Of a DNA stretch of 64,000 bases, positions 1 to 13,947 are shown piece after piece. The stretch covers positions 102,612,001 to 102,676,000 of the forward strand of contig NC_087472.1 of NCBI RefSeq assembly GCF_036321535.1. Reading direction: 5' to 3'. Made by a program: the position numbers and the translations under genes. The stretch comes from Camelus dromedarius (lineage: Eukaryota). A model generated the notes under the pieces. That model had not been told where the DNA came from and searched no databases. It saw nothing but the letters and a program-made list of their open reading frames with translations. Every line of letters begins with the position of its first letter. The first letter of the stretch is position 1.

Positions 1-150
1 GTTCTCAGGCTGTAATCAAAACTTGATGGTGAAGAGGATAGACTTTTCCTTAAATGCCCCGTAATTATAAGGCTGCTCCTCCTGATTTATAGTAGACTTG
101 GCACCTCATTTTATCATGCATCCACCCCTTGCCTTCTCTTCTCCCCTTAG

Positions 151-690
151 ACCTGCCAAGAATGAGAAAAGGCTGAATCACCGATCCTCTTAATGACAGC
201 TCCTTTAGCTTCAGTCCTTAGGAGGACTGAAAATTAACTTACGAAGGCACAATGAAGTTCTTAGATGGAAAATTCTACCCTCTTCCCATCCCTGCTAGTG
301 GCAGCTGGGGAGTTGGGTGATGGGCTGACTGGTGTGTTCTTCAGTTAGAGCTGTTTATTTTGACATCTTTTCTCCCTGGTTTTGGTGCATTTTACTGAGA
401 TTGAAAATGATGGGGTTGGGGTGTATGCTGCAAGTCCTCAAATCACATGAATTGAGGCCAGATCTGTTGTGTGACGTTCTTGGTGGCAGGCAGTGCCAAC
501 ATCATAGAGCTGATTCAGGAAGACGTGAACTAAATGCACATGAATGGGCTCCTCTGACAAAAGACTTCCGGATATGTAGCGAAAGAGAAAAAAGATGATT
601 TCACAAAGATGTATTGAGCAGCAACCATATATTAGATATTATGTTAATATTATATGCCCACCTATGACACAATAAAACTGCATTAGTACT
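151..690 (+). other. Possible terminal exon / 3' UTR of an unidentified upstream gene
   Basis: A long pyrimidine tract ends in AG at 149-150. All three frames stop within 15 codons (TCQE*, xLPRMRKG*, PAKNEKRLNHRSS*). AATAAA lies at 671-676. No protein recognised; motif evidence only. Confidence 0.25.
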
Positions 691-1579
691 AATTAATTAA
701 CTTATTATCTGTCACTTTCTTAGGAACTCATTTGGGGGAACCCAAATTTCACTATACTGTATATAAAATAGAAGTGTTTAAAGATACTTAAAAAATGTTA
801 AAATTGGGGCACATAACAAATATAAAATGAACACATGTGAAATCTTATTTATCTCATTAATTACCATGGGAACCAGTAAGATGTTATAACCAGTTCAAAG
901 GAGAATTAAAAGAATGGACATATAAAGGCAGTCAGTTTAGACATAGATGCAAAACTGGTCAATATACACTAGCAATAATCCAGTCCATTCTACTGAGACA
1001 CAATTCATTTGCATTTCAATGGATGGGGATCATTTACATCATAATCATTTTTCTACGATTCATAGAGTTGTAAAATTGCTCAAAGACATTGAAAGGCACA
1101 AGCCCCTATAGAATCAGATAACCTGGAAGGATGCACCAGTCAGGACACCCAGAAAATAATTTTTGAAAGGGTCCATTTTGAAGTCTTTCACAGGTTTTCT
1201 TGACAGAAGTAAAGAAATGTTCTCTGAGCAGTCTAGTAGGAAGCAGAATGTAGACTGCAGACTGGCCAAGTCTTCTAAATCAGAAGAAAAATGATTTCTT
1301 GTGGCAGTACCGCTTGCTACCCAAGAGATGAATGAAGAGTCATTTGGGATTACGTCTTTTAAGCACAAGAGTACTGATCTCAATTGGGGAAAGAACAATC
1401 GAAGTGAAATGTGATGAAATTTGCACTGGGGAGAGGAATAGGATCAATTTAGCAGACACTTCAGTTACAAAATGTTCAGCTACAGATCAAAACTGTTGAG
1501 GGAAAAAATGTTCATAAAACCTTCTTAATTCAGATTTCCTGATGAATTTTGGTGTGAGGTGGGATGGAAATTATTATTT

Positions 1580-1960
1580 TCTTTTTTAACAGCTGTATTG
1601 AGAGATAATTCACATATCACAGAATTCATCTATTTAACGTGTATAATTAATTTTGGGGGGGTTATATTTACAGGATGTGCAACTGTATTTAGTTTTCATT
1701 CCCCCTAAAAGAAATCTGAGACCTATTAATGGTCATTCCACATTCCCCACCCCACTCTGTCCCTCCCAGCACTAAGAAATCACTCATTTACTTTCTGTCT
1801 CTGTAGGTTTGCCTATTCTGGACATTTCATATAAATGGAACCATACAGTATGTGAGGTTTTGTGGTTGAATTATTTCATTAGCACCTCGCATAATGTTTT
1901 CAAGCTTCACCCATCAGTACTTCATTCTTTTTATTGCTGAAAAATAGTCCATTGCAAGAA
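1580..1960 (-). mobile_element. Old L1 (L1MB-like) 3' end, left part
   Basis: Typical antisense L1M 3' text (ttgagagataattcacata...ttgcctattctggacatttcatataaatggaa). The element continues after the LTR at ~3062. Confidence 0.85.
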
Positions 1961-3060
1961 TGTGGTATCATGATTTATAATATGAAGTTTATATTTGGTC
2001 TTTGTCTGGTTTCTGTCAAAGAGCTCTTAAAACCCTTGGGGTTTCCTAAATGATGAGAGTAACAAAGCTGTCTTTGTTATATTAATGGGGTGACTTTTGG
2101 AAAGCACCTAAAGAGGGGGCTGGTGTCAGTGGAGCCAACCACGTGATTCTAGTCTGACTCTACTCTGAATTTGTTGTGACAAGGCCAAATTCCATCACCT
2201 CTTTTGGTCTCTGTGTCAAACAAGGTGAGATACTGTGATTTATAAGAAATATATGCCAAATATCTATTTCTTATGTACATTTGGTGTTTGTCCACAGTCC
2301 CTGGCTCAGGGCTTCTGAAACCCTTGGAATTTCCTAAGTGTGTAGAGAGAGATAAAGGTGTCCTTTGTTATGTTAATAAGGTGACTTTTGGAAAGTACTT
2401 AAGGATGGGAGCTGGTCATCTAGAGACTCTACCAGGTGATTAGAGGATTGGAACTTCCAGTCCCATCCCCAGTCTTCTGGGGAAGGGGGAGGGGCTAGAG
2501 GTTGAATGAACTGCCCATGACCAGTGATTAAGTTAATCATGCCTATGTAATGAAGCCTCCTTAAAACCCCAAAAGGATGGGGTTCAGAGAGCTTCTGGGT
2601 TGATGGACACAGGGAAATTTGGGGAGAGTGGCAACCCTGGAGAGGACATGAAAACTCCATGCCCTTCCCCCATACCTGCCTTTTGCATCTCTTCCATCTG
2701 CTGTTTCTGAATTATATACTTTTATAATAAACTGGTGATCTAGTAAATAAAATGTTTCTCTGAGTTTTGTGAACTGTTCTAGCAAATTAATTGAACCCAA
2801 GGAGGGGGTCTTGGGTACCTCTAATTTATAGTCAGTTAGTCAGAAGTGCAGATAACCTGGACTTGCAAATGGTGTCTGAAGTGGGGAATGGGGGCATTCT
2901 TGTAGGACTGAACCTCTAACCTATGGAATCTGAAGCTCTTTCTGGGTAGATAGTGTCAGAATTTAGTTGAATTCTCAAACACACTGCTGGTGTCCAAGAA
3001 TTGCTTGGTGTTGTGTGGGAAGCCCCAACACACACACATTGGAATTGGGTCCAAGAACAC
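1961..3060 (+). mobile_element. MER21-like LTR sequence (short 5' copy plus longer copy) inserted in L1
   Basis: Starts tgtggtatcatgatttataat...atttggtctttgtc...aaaacccttgg, resembling the MER21 5' end. The same motif recurs at ~2226-2400. AATAAA at ~2727. Confidence 0.75.
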
Positions 3061-3061
3061 T

Positions 3062-4316
3062 AGAAGAGTGGATATACCAAATCTTTAACCGTTCATCAGC
3101 TGATGGACATTTAGGTTGTTTCGACTTTTTGGTTATTTTGATATAGTGCTGCTATGAACATTTGTGTACAGGTTTTCACGTGGACATATGTTTTCATTTC
3201 TCTCGGGTATATACCTAGCAGTGAAATTGCTGGGTCATGTGGTAACACTATGTTTAACTTTTTGAAGAACTGCCAAGCTGTTTTCCAAATCAGCTGTACC
3301 GTTTTATATTCCCATCAGCAGTGTATGAGGCTTCCAATTTTTCCACATCCTCTACAACACTTGTTATTGTCTATCTTTTTTTATTATAGCCATCCTAGTG
3401 GGTATGAAGTGACATCTTATTGTGCTTTTGATTTGCATTTCTCTAATGACTAATGATGTTGAACATCATGTGTACTTTTAGGTCATTCGTACGTCTTTTT
3501 TGGAGAAATGTTGATTCAGATCCGTTGCCCATGTTTTAGATGAGTTACTAGTCTTTATTATCGAGTAGTTAGAGATTTTTGCATAGTCTGGATACTAGTC
3601 ACATATGTGATTTGCAAATGTTTTTTCCTATTTGTGGGTTGTTGTTTCACTTTCTTGATGGTGTCCTTTGAAACCCAATTTTTTTTTTGCATTCTTTATT
3701 TAAGTATAGTCAATTTACAATGTTGTGAAGCACAAAATTTTTAATCTTGATGGTGTCCAGTCTATTTTTTCTCTCTTGTCTTTTGTGTTTTTGTTGTCAT
3801 ATCTGAGAAATCATTCCTAACCCAAAGTCATGAAGATGTACTCCTATGATTTCTTCTAAGTGTTTTATGGTTTTAGCCCTTACATTTAGGTCTATGATCC
3901 ATTTTAAGTTAATTTTTCTATATAGTGTGAGATAGGGGTCCAACTTCATTTTTTTGCCCATCGTCCCAGGTCCATTCGTTGAAAAGACTATCTCTCCTCC
4001 ATTGAACTGTCTTGGCACCCTTGTCAAAAATCAGCTGACCATAAATACTAGAACATATTTCTAGACCCTAAATTCTGTTTCATTAATCTATATATTTATC
4101 CTTATGCCAGTACCACACTGTCTTGATTACTGTAACTTTGCAGTGTTTTGAAATCAGGAGATGTGAGTTCTCCAACTTTGTTCTTTTCTTTCAGATTGTT
4201 TTGGCTATTATAGGTTCCTTGCATTTCCATATGAATTTTAGGATCAGTTTGTTAATTTCTGGGAAAAAAAACGCAGCTAGAATTTTGATAGGGATTACAT
4301 TAAATTTATAGATCTG
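3062..4316 (-). mobile_element. Old L1 (L1MB-like) continuation into degenerate ORF2 C-terminus
   Basis: Minus-strand ORF remnants ([40 protein letters not shown]...KLILKFIWKCK) are recognisable L1 ORF2 segments. Confidence 0.92.
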
Positions 4317-5849
4317 AAGGTGACTTTTAGGCTTAAGTGAAAAGACTTGCCAAACTGAATTTTTTTCCTGATATTTGAGCATTATCCTTTTTCATGTAAA
4401 CTGTTAATATGTTTATTTTACTTTAAGTAAAGTAGGTATGTTAAGGCCTTTGCCGATAGCACATTGGCATTGATTTATTTATAATCCACTTTTCACAAGT
4501 GTGTTAAATCTCCCCTTCCTCTTTAGTTCAATTCATAATAGCGTAGTTTTAGATGGTATATACCGAAAGGCAAAGGATGGGTATAAGGTGATAAGATTTG
4601 TTTTCGAAGTAGTGTAATACAGTCTGGTAATAAAAGAACCTGTCTTTTGACAATATAATCATGTTCTAATGTGCTTCATCAAGCACAAGATGTTAAATAG
4701 ATTGGTAGTTGTCACTGAGTTTTCTCCTTAATTATGTAAATAGATATAATGAATTTTAATACCAAAAGTTGTTTTCAGGGAAATTGAATTTCTTTTTTAT
4801 TCAGATGTTATGAAATTGAGAAGTGCTGTTTTAACAGTGTTTAGAATGAACCCATTAAAATCATCCCAAACTCCCGAAAAGCAAATGTATTTGAATGAAA
4901 AAAAGTAGAGTTACTTTTAAGAGTCTAGAATTATAAACCCAGAGGATATCTCTTGTATATCTGAGATTGTGTTTGATTTCATAAAGAAATTGCTAGATCA
5001 AATAATTTATTATTTAAGATGCTATAAATTTACCTGGAATATAAAAGCAGTTATTACAGACATAAATCTTAAAACTATTGTTCACAGAACTGTCAGTCTT
5101 GGTCCTACCAAGAGAATGAAGGACTTTTAAGCTACAAGGACAAACTCAAAATGCCTGTGACCCAGGCTGATTTGGATTTGAAGCAAGTTGGACCTCCAGA
5201 AATACATAGAGGGGAAGTGGGGCCCAATGAAACAGGCAGGACATGGGTTTATATACATGACCCAACAGTGAAGAGGGATTAACCTCTGCAACACAGTGCC
5301 TTAAAGAACCCATAGATTTGAACTGAGTTGACGTTGAGCTACTTGAAACTGGCTAGAATATTGTAATTAGGAAAAAAAAATGTTAAAAGCCTGTTTTCTA
5401 GAAGTTAGAGCCATTTGATATTGTGCAGCTGTGAAGTACAAGAATACCGTGGGGGTGCAGCAGCATGAATGACTGGGAAGAGGTCTCATTCCTGAAATTA
5501 GGAAGGTGATGTGCTTTGCTCAGAATAGAGCTCGGGTTCAGCAGGGGCTTAGGACCTGAGGCAATGGGCCCTTCATGGAACCTATTCAAATGAATTCTCT
5601 TAGTCCTGGTAAGGAAGGCTAGGCATCATGGGTTTATGAAGACCAAGATTTTCCCAACCATATGTGGCCTCTGGGGGCTCATTTGGTTCCTATTCCTGCT
5701 AGTGGTGACAAGATTCCTCATGAAGTCTTGGTCATGACTAGATGGTGCTGAAAGTATTGGCACATTTAGCTGGGTTAAACAGGGACTGATATTTCTTACT
5801 GGGGTTACCAGAACCAGAATGAAATATTGTTCTTTCAATCAGTAAGTGA

Positions 5850-6830
5850 TAAAACATGGTAGTGAGCACTAAAATATACTAGGTCCTATGCTAGGATTTG
5901 GAGATAGAGACAAATGGGACATAGGGCTCCTGGTCTGGTGGGGAGATCCACATGCCTGTGTTGGGGAACAAAACTTGCCGCCCCAAAATGTCTCTTTGGC
6001 ATGCAGATTATTTTGAGCTGAAAATAATCAAAGCCCAAAAGACTCAGGAAGAACCTTGACCTTCCCCCTAGCTGCCTAAAGAATGTAGTAGATGGAGGAC
6101 CTGCCCAGGAAGGGAGCTATCACCAATGATAACTATGGTGTGAACTAGGTGTGTAGACAGGGAGGAACCTAGCAAAGACTGTTAAAATTCCTCTGTGTCC
6201 CATAGTCTCTGCATGTCCCAGTAAATAGTTGTTTACCAAACATTTGCTTTTCCATCTCCATGTAAATTGCCTTCCTTTGAAGTCCCAAACCACTACCCTC
6301 AACATCCTCTTTTGTCTTTAGCTGAAGATGCTATTTAAGGTGAGGGTTTCAGCCATTTTGTTGAGTGGCTCACTTCTCCTAGGTCTCTCCCTTATATAAA
6401 TGTTATTACACTTTTGTTTGATTTTCTCCTGTTCATCTGTCTCATGTCAATTTAATTCTTAACCAGCCAGAGGAACCTAGAAGGATAGAGGAACATTTCT
6501 TCTTCCCTGACACCAGATTTCTGGAAGAATTCTGCCACCATCCATTGAGTGAAGGATTAAGGGAGGAAGAATGAGTTTTGGGGGCAATGAATTCCATTTT
6601 GGAGATGGTGAGTTTATGAAGCATGTAGAACATCTGAGTAGGTACCTGGGAGGCAGTTGGAACACTATCAATCTCAGGAGAGAAGTCCAAATGGGAAGTC
6701 TAGATTTGTGAGTCATCATTTTACAGATGCTAATTGAAGTCATTGACATTGATAAAATCACACGAAGATTCTATAGAATAAGGAAGAGAGAAAGATTAGA
6801 GTTAAATCCCTGGAGAGTTTTTCCATTTCA
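5850..6830 (-). mobile_element. L2 fragments interrupted by a solo LTR
   Basis: L2-like antisense text flanks the LTR on both sides (gtgagcact...tgctagg...ggagata; ttttggagatggtgagttt...ggcagttgga). Confidence 0.55.
5959..6512 (+). mobile_element. ERV1-type solo LTR (MER34/MER39-like)
   Basis: TG...CA termini; flanks cctg/ccag (3 of 4 match as a TSD); TATA-like box near 6393; 5' ccccaaaatgtctctttggc...gattattttgagctg motif. Confidence 0.8.
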
Positions 6831-7309
6831 GTGGTGACATCTGATGAATGCTATTGTCTGAATACACATTGCTCTCACATCATTGAATTTACATTTGAAA
6901 AGCATGAATAAACTTGCAAAACACATTCAAAAGGAAATTATCACAGCAAATTTAGACACAGGACATTTTGGAAGTAAAATTTAAAATTCAAGTCAATAAT
7001 AAAATCCAAAGTATCTTCAGAACCAAAAGAGGAAGTTGAAGCATTAAGTATATTAAAGGAGTAACATAGATAAAATGATCAGAGTTTCTGAACTCAATGT
7101 AAGCTCTAATAACTTTGTTCTTATGGGAACAATGGGGCATAACATTTGAAACTGAAACTGGAATGCATGATTGAGATCAATATAGAAAACCCAAGCAACA
7201 AAAGGACAGTTCAAACATAAAACCTAGGAAAACTAAGAGGTTATGTGGGATCCAGATTTGTTAATATCCTTGACTGAAATGTGTTGAACTGATAAACAGA
7301 TCTCACTTT

Positions 7310-7806
7310 TCTACAGCAGTGTAACAAACTCCCTTAAAACTTAGTGGCTTAAAATAATGAAAATTTATTATTTCTCATGGATTTTGTGAGTTGGCTGGGC
7401 TCCCCTGGGTAATTTTTCTGCTAGAGATGGTGTTCCAGTATTCAGCAGGGAGCTGAGCTGGGTCTGGAATGTCCAAGCTGTATCACATACATGTCTGGCC
7501 TCAGCTGGAATGGCTGGGGGATAGTTGGACCACTTTCTTCTCATTTAGTGGCCTTCCCTGAGCTTTTTAAACTGTCATCTGATTCTCCAAAATGGGAAAG
7601 CTGAAGCTTCAAGTCTTCTTAAAGCCTTAAAGTTCTTATAGTTCTTAGGAATACTAGGATGTCACTTCTGCCTCATTCTGTTGGCCAAAACAAGTTACAA
7701 GACCAGTCCAGGAGAAAATGGATTCAACCTCTTGATGAGAGGAGTGGCGTTTATGTACAGGGGTGGTGGGAATTTTTGGTGGGCATCTTTGGAAATGATC
7801 CACTGC
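7310..7806 (-). mobile_element. MaLR LTR (MLT1 family)
   Basis: The motifs tgtaacaaac...aaaacttagtggcttaaa and gtcacttctgcctcattctgttggcc are MLT1 signatures. Confidence 0.75.
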
Positions 7807-9540
7807 AAGAGGTGATTTCTTTTTCAACTTGACTGCAAGTACTACAATCTTCTGCAGGATACTCAGAGTAGGATACGATGCTTGGTCCTCACTCCCAGGT
7901 GAACAGTAAGAGTTACTGATGGCATTGTAGCACCTATAACTTTTAATATATTTTGCTGAACGAGTCTACTGAAAAGGAAGTTCATAAACACATTTAGGGC
8001 CTTTTCAAAACAGATTTTTGCCACCAGTTGCTACCTAAATGTCTCTCTCCTTTTCCTTCCCCTTAATGTTTGCCAGCTTTCTTTCAGAAGCCATCTTAGT
8101 CTTCTAATAAAGTTAAGAAATTCTTATACTGTGAAATTCTATGAGAACATCTTTTCCAGGTATATGCCAGGAGTGTTGTGGGGGGAGCTGGGAGTAGAGG
8201 AGAAGGAATCAGTTGAGAGTCATTTCAAGGGCAACAGACCCAAGTAGTTTTGGGGACAAGATCTCTATTGTTTACTGGGTGTTCAAGGGGGCTGGTTACC
8301 ACTGTCCTTCTTTGGGCGTGATGTAGTTATGCGCCTCCATCAGGAGTCTAGAGCTTAGCAACAGGCCTCAAGCAGATAAGGGAGGTTTGAAAAAGAATAA
8401 GGTTGGATTTGTGAACATTGGTATTTGTCCTGGGTGCTGAAGGACAGGCAGAGCCTGATGATCACAGAGCTGAGGGGCAGCCGAGGAGGTGGGAAGAATG
8501 ACTTTCAGATGAAAGTATGACATTTAGGCACTCACAGCCTTCGATCTTTTCCTGCCTGCAACAGAGTTTTCAGAAAAGGACCAGGTTGAAGAGGGGAAAG
8601 AGAGAGAGATTGAGAGGCGGGTAGAGCGAGAAGTGCCATGGTGCAGTGGTTTGTAGCACAGACTTTGTAATATTTTGGGGGATGATATATGGGATGGTTT
8701 GTGGAAAAGAGAAGTAGTCAAGGGAGCAGGCTAGTGGGACTGGAGAGCATGGATGAGAGAGTAACTTCTCAGATTAGATAGGGACAAGCTCCTGGGAATT
8801 TTGGGATGCCTGAAATTTGGAGAGGAAAGAGGGTTTGAAGAAGAGTTGTAGGCTTTATTGGAATTGGATGCCCTTGTGTAGGGGATGGGGGTTCCTGCTT
8901 GAAAGGTGCTCCTTTAACAGTAGTACCTCTCGGGCTCACTGCTTCAGTGACATTACCTAGCTTAGGGAATTTTGGACCCCCAAATCCTTGCTTAGGAAAA
9001 TTGACTCTTTTTGTGTTATTCTTATCGTTTTGTTTTATTTCTCTTAGTTGTTTCTAATGTAATTTTGGAAAATGTCCATCTGTCTCTACTTTGCTGTGGA
9101 AATACAAAGAAAAAGACTTTCTCTGAGTTGTTGTTCAGCTAAAGAGTATGAGGGAGAAGGGGACCCTGGGGGGAAGGTACAGAGACCATCAAAATGAGGG
9201 AACAGAAAGGTGAATACAAAACTCAGAGGTGAGAAGGTTAATTTCTTATTGCAGTTACTGCTGTGTTACTGTTAAATCCCAGGCAAGAGTTTTCTAAAAG
9301 TTGAGAATTTTATCCCAGTGCTGTTTTCTTATAGCAATGGTTGACAATAGCTGCAAGAGAGGTCACAGGTAGTTTGGAAGAGTTCCTTGTGTGATGCTAA
9401 TATTCTGCCCCTCCTCCCCTCTCTCCCTTCACATCCAACTGGGGAGGATTGCACCATAGATTCTCTACCAACTCAGAATAACATTTAAACTCATGCATCA
9501 AACATTTAGCCTTCTTTTTGGATCTGTTTTTGTAGGTTAA

Positions 9541-9770
9541 ATTTTGTTTTTTTGTTTTTAATTAAAGTATAGTCAGTTACAACGTGTCAATTTCTGGTGT
9601 ACAGCATAATGTTTCAGTCATACATATACATACATATGTTCCTTTTCAGCTAATTTTCCATTATAGGTTACTACAAGATATTGAATATAGTTCCCTGTGC
9701 TATACAGAAGAAATTTGTTTTTTATCTATTTTATATATAGTAGTTCATATTTACAAATCTCAAGAACCTT
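9541..9770 (-). mobile_element. 5'-truncated artiodactyl/camelid L1 3' end
   Basis: A T-rich tail is followed by aagtatagtcagttacaa...gaatatagttccctgtgctatacag, which is shared with the copies at 33595, 48157 and 55405. Confidence 0.85.
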
Positions 9771-10809
9771 CTTATTATAGCTCTCCAGGCTATACCTGGC
9801 ATTGCCTCCCACCTGAGCTCATTACAGTGGCCAGGTCAGTCTCTTGGACGCCAGACCCCTCATCCTCTTTTTTCGCCCCACTGCTCAATGTGCTTGACTT
9901 TTCTCCTTCATGTAGCCACCTGCTAAAGGTTTTTCCATTCTTGAAGGCCCCACTCAGGTCCTTCTTATTTCATGGAACTCCAGCCACACTGGTTGATTGG
10001 ACCTTGTTTCTGAATGGGAGTTAAGTGGAGCCAACAGTGGGGAGAGAAGCTTGTGAATACAGAAAAATAAACAGATTATTTATATGGAAACTTGTTGACG
10101 ACTTCCTAATCTAATGGCATTAATGCTTTGGACACAGATTCCCACTGATACGAACCATTTTTTCCTCTCAGATGACTTCTGAAGTCCCCTCCCTCCACAA
10201 TTTTTAAAGTATTGTAATGAAGGGAATATTATGTAAATTTCACCATGTGGCTACTACAGCCAATTTCCACTGCAACTTATCACTACAAACTGAAAATGAT
10301 TTTTGGCCCCAACAACCTTGGCAAAGCCCATTTCAAAAAATGTGGATCATAGCTCTAGTAATTATGGGCAGACCACAGATTTGGCTTTCCTTTCACTTCT
10401 ATGGCATTGATGAATATTGTTGAAAATACTGCACGTCCTGAGGCATCTTATCTGAGATCCTCCCAATAGGGTGCAATATGGTGCATCTCCAAGACTTCAC
10501 TTCCACGGGAGTAGTCATTGACATCAGTGGATGCTACATAAGGCCTTTGGCTAAATTTTGAGTGGCTTACCATCCCCCAATTCATTCATTCATTTAATAA
10601 ATAATGATTGAACATAGCACATAACCAATACTCTGCACTCTCTTGTAGACACAAAGATAAACAAGGCACAGTCTCTGCCTTTAAGGATTCTACACTATAA
10701 CGGTTGTAATAAGGTATGTGCACAAACAGCCATAATATATATACAGAAAAAACATAAAGGAAAAAGGAAAAGGTGCTATTAAAAAATGCTTAGCTGAAGG
10801 TTTTGGGCT

Positions 10810-11800
10810 GACATATCACCATTGTTTGGGAGGATATGGAAGACTTTTAGTTTGGAGACACCACATTCTTGTGGTTTTGCTACTCCCTCTCTAACCATCT
10901 TTTCTCTGCCTTTGCAGTTGCATCTTCCATCCAGTGTTGGAGTTCCTTCAGGCTCAGTTCAGACTCTCCTCTCTTTTCATCCTATCCTTTCCTCCTAGAT
11001 AGTCTCATCTGTGTTCATGGCTTCAATAATTATCTGTAAACCCATGATGGGATGGCCAAACTTAATCCAACTCCTGATTGTTGGTCCTGAACCTCGTCTT
11101 CTAATGAATGATACCACTGTCCATCCAGTTCCAGAAGCCAGAAACCTATGAGTCATCCCAACAACTTCTTCATTCTCCATCCTAGTCTATTATCAAGCGC
11201 TACTAACTATATCCTCTAAATACCTCTCAGATCTGTCTCCTTTTCTTTATCTTTACAGCCAGCTCCCTAGATCAAGCTAGAACTATCACCTGGATCAGTG
11301 TGCTAGACCCCTGATCCCTTTCCAATCCAGTCTCTGCATTGAAGCCAGCATCATCTTTTCAAAGTGCAAGTTTGATTACATTACCCTTCCGCTTCTCAAC
11401 CTTGAAGTTCGTCAGTAACTTCTCATGGCTCTGTTAAATACCACACAGTCTTATGTGGTCACCGTCTTGCCTGCCTCTCTCCACTTCATCTCAAAGTATT
11501 GTTGCTGCCACACTGGCCTTTTTTCAGTTCTCTGAAAACACCATGCATTTTCTATAACAGGGTCGTTGCACATGTTGCCCACCACCACCCCGCTTCATAA
11601 ATCTTACTTGTTCTTTAGATCCCAGCTCAAGTGTCACTTCCACAGGGAAGACTTCCCTAGATTACTGTCTTTTATAGCCATTTCTTTATTTCCCAGCAGT
11701 CGTTCCAGTTGTAATCTTGTATCTGTGAGATTATTTGACCATGAGCCCCATGAGAGTAGGTGCCAACTGGCAGGATGCGCAATAAATGCTTGCTGACAAA
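10810..11800 (+). mobile_element. L2 3' region
   Basis: L2-like text (ccatccagttccagaagccagaaaccta; cagctcaagtgtcacttcc) ending in caataaatgcttgctga. Confidence 0.75.
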
Positions 11801-13271
11801 TGTGTAGTGTTTGGTTTTGAAGACTTGGAGATTGGCTGGAGGTAGGGAGGGGAGAGAAAAGCTATCTCATCCAGGTTACAGAGTATTATTAAAGACCCAG
11901 AGATAGGGAAGTGAGTGGGATCATGTATCTAAGATCATATCATGTTAAGAGGCTATTTTTAGTAACTCTTTATTCAAATAGTATCATAATCAGTATTCAA
12001 ATAGTTGTATGATACTTCACTGTTTAGATATATATAATTTCCTCCACCATTCCCCTATTTGATAGTTAGGTTGTTTCCAGCAGTTTCATTAGCATAAAGA
12101 GCACTATAGTGAACTCATATATGTTTGTAAGCTTTTTTCTATAGTTCATGCTTTTCTTTTCTCTGCTTGACTCCATGAGTATAAGCAAGATATTCAGGGT
12201 GCTTTAGGGCCACATTTGCTTTAAAAAAGTCTCATAGCTCCATAAATCCATAAATACAGTGGTTGATCAGTGAAAATTGTTAACTGTACTAAATAATAAG
12301 GAATTATCACACTTAGACAGCCATCTCATTATAAGTCTACCAAGTGTCCTAACATTTTGAAAATGTGCCAGGCGTATTTCAAGAAGTCAACTTGAAACTA
12401 CTGGGCTAGAGCAGGAGAATACGTGGGAAGGATGAGAAATAGCTGAGTAAGTGGAAAGAGAATGAGAGAATGACGTAGATGAAGGGCAGTAGTTAATAGT
12501 AATTAGTAAATATCAAAAGCAAATAAGGATAAGACATACTTAATGACTGTGCTAGAGGTAAGGTAGGCAAAGCGAAAATAAATGATCCAGTGATTCTTCA
12601 AGAGCTGCTTAGTCACGTTGACTGGAAAATATAACAACAGTTTGCTCTGTGAGCTAAATCATGAAGACAAAGGTCAAAGATTGAAGGCTGTGTTTAAAAT
12701 TCCCATCAGTTGCGTGGCCATCAGACGATGAGCGATCAAGAGAATCACCATGGGCAGTTCCAAAGCTATCCCTGTTAAAACCTTTACCCATGAACCTTAC
12801 TTAACAATGAGGCAGTCACCTTTAGCAAGCTGCTTTTTCAAAAGTAAAATGATGGCCATTTATTAGCTTGAGCATGCTGAACTCTTCCCACAGTGCAAGA
12901 CAAAATTCATGGAAAATACAGGAACGATTACTGCACAGTTTATCAGTCCAATAGCTCATTGTTCTGAAAAATGTGATATGAAAGCCTTGGATTCTCATTT
13001 GAGGTTTTTTTAAAACTTCAGGAGATCATACTGGAGTGGTTAGACATACCTATTTGTTCACTCTCATTTCAGAATTTCTGGAGCCATCAGATAAGTGCAA
13101 CTTGTTTCCAAATTATAAACAATCTATGTTTTTTTCTAATTATAAAAATATCACATGATTATTGAAAAAAGTGAAAGGTAGGACAAACTGCAAAGAAGCA
13201 GGATCATCCGCTACCTCACCATAATCAATCCAGTTATCCAAGGGCCATTTTGGGGTGTTTCCTTGCTGTTT

Positions 13272-13368
13272 TTTCTTTCCTTTTTTTTAATGGAAGTACT
13301 GAGAACTGAACCCAGGACCTCATGCATGCTAAGCATGCGCTCTACCACTGAGCTCCACCCTTACCCCC
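13272..13368 (-). mobile_element. Camelid tRNA-derived SINE (Vic-1-like)
   Basis: tRNA-like A/B-box body on the minus strand, T-rich tail, flanking repeat ttgctgt. Confidence 0.88.
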
Positions 13369-13947
13369 TTGCTGTCTTTTCAAATGCATTTTTAGAACAG
13401 AGTTGAGATTATATAACATATAACATGGAAAATGTGTTTTCCTTTTAAAATTATTTTAATGTATCCACCAGAGAGCAAGCATATATTATGAAAACCATGA
13501 TCTGAACCAAATGAAGTCTTTGATAAAATCAGGCCAGTTAACTTCTTGCTTTGTCTAGGCTTTAACTTATCCCTTTCCTTTCTCATCCTGTTTATTAAGC
13601 CTTGAATATCCTTGACTCCTTTCTTCCCTTCCAGATCTCCTTCTTGACTGTGCTTATCTGTATGATTTTTTTGCTTCTCTACTATCCACTAAAGTCAAGA
13701 ATTCATTTATATAATGTCTTGTTTTTTAATTTGTTAATGTTTGTGTGTCTTATCTCACAGTACTCTTTGAGGGCAGGGGACATCCATTACCAGTTTTTAT
13801 ACTAGTCCTGGTAATCATTGAACAGCCAGGCACGTAGTAGGTGCTGAAGAAGTATCTAGTGTTAATGCCAAAAGGGTTTTAGCAAATAGTTGCATGGGAA
13901 GATGTAGTAGTCGAACCATCCAGACCTATGCAGACAAAGAAAAACTA

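Noticed and set aside
700..1420. Sequence that feels like an ancient interspersed repeat
   Set aside because: I could not assign a family or termini; it needs a Dfam search.
3797..4382. ORFs with clear protein-like motifs
   Set aside because: Broken L1 ORF2 remnants, not a host gene.
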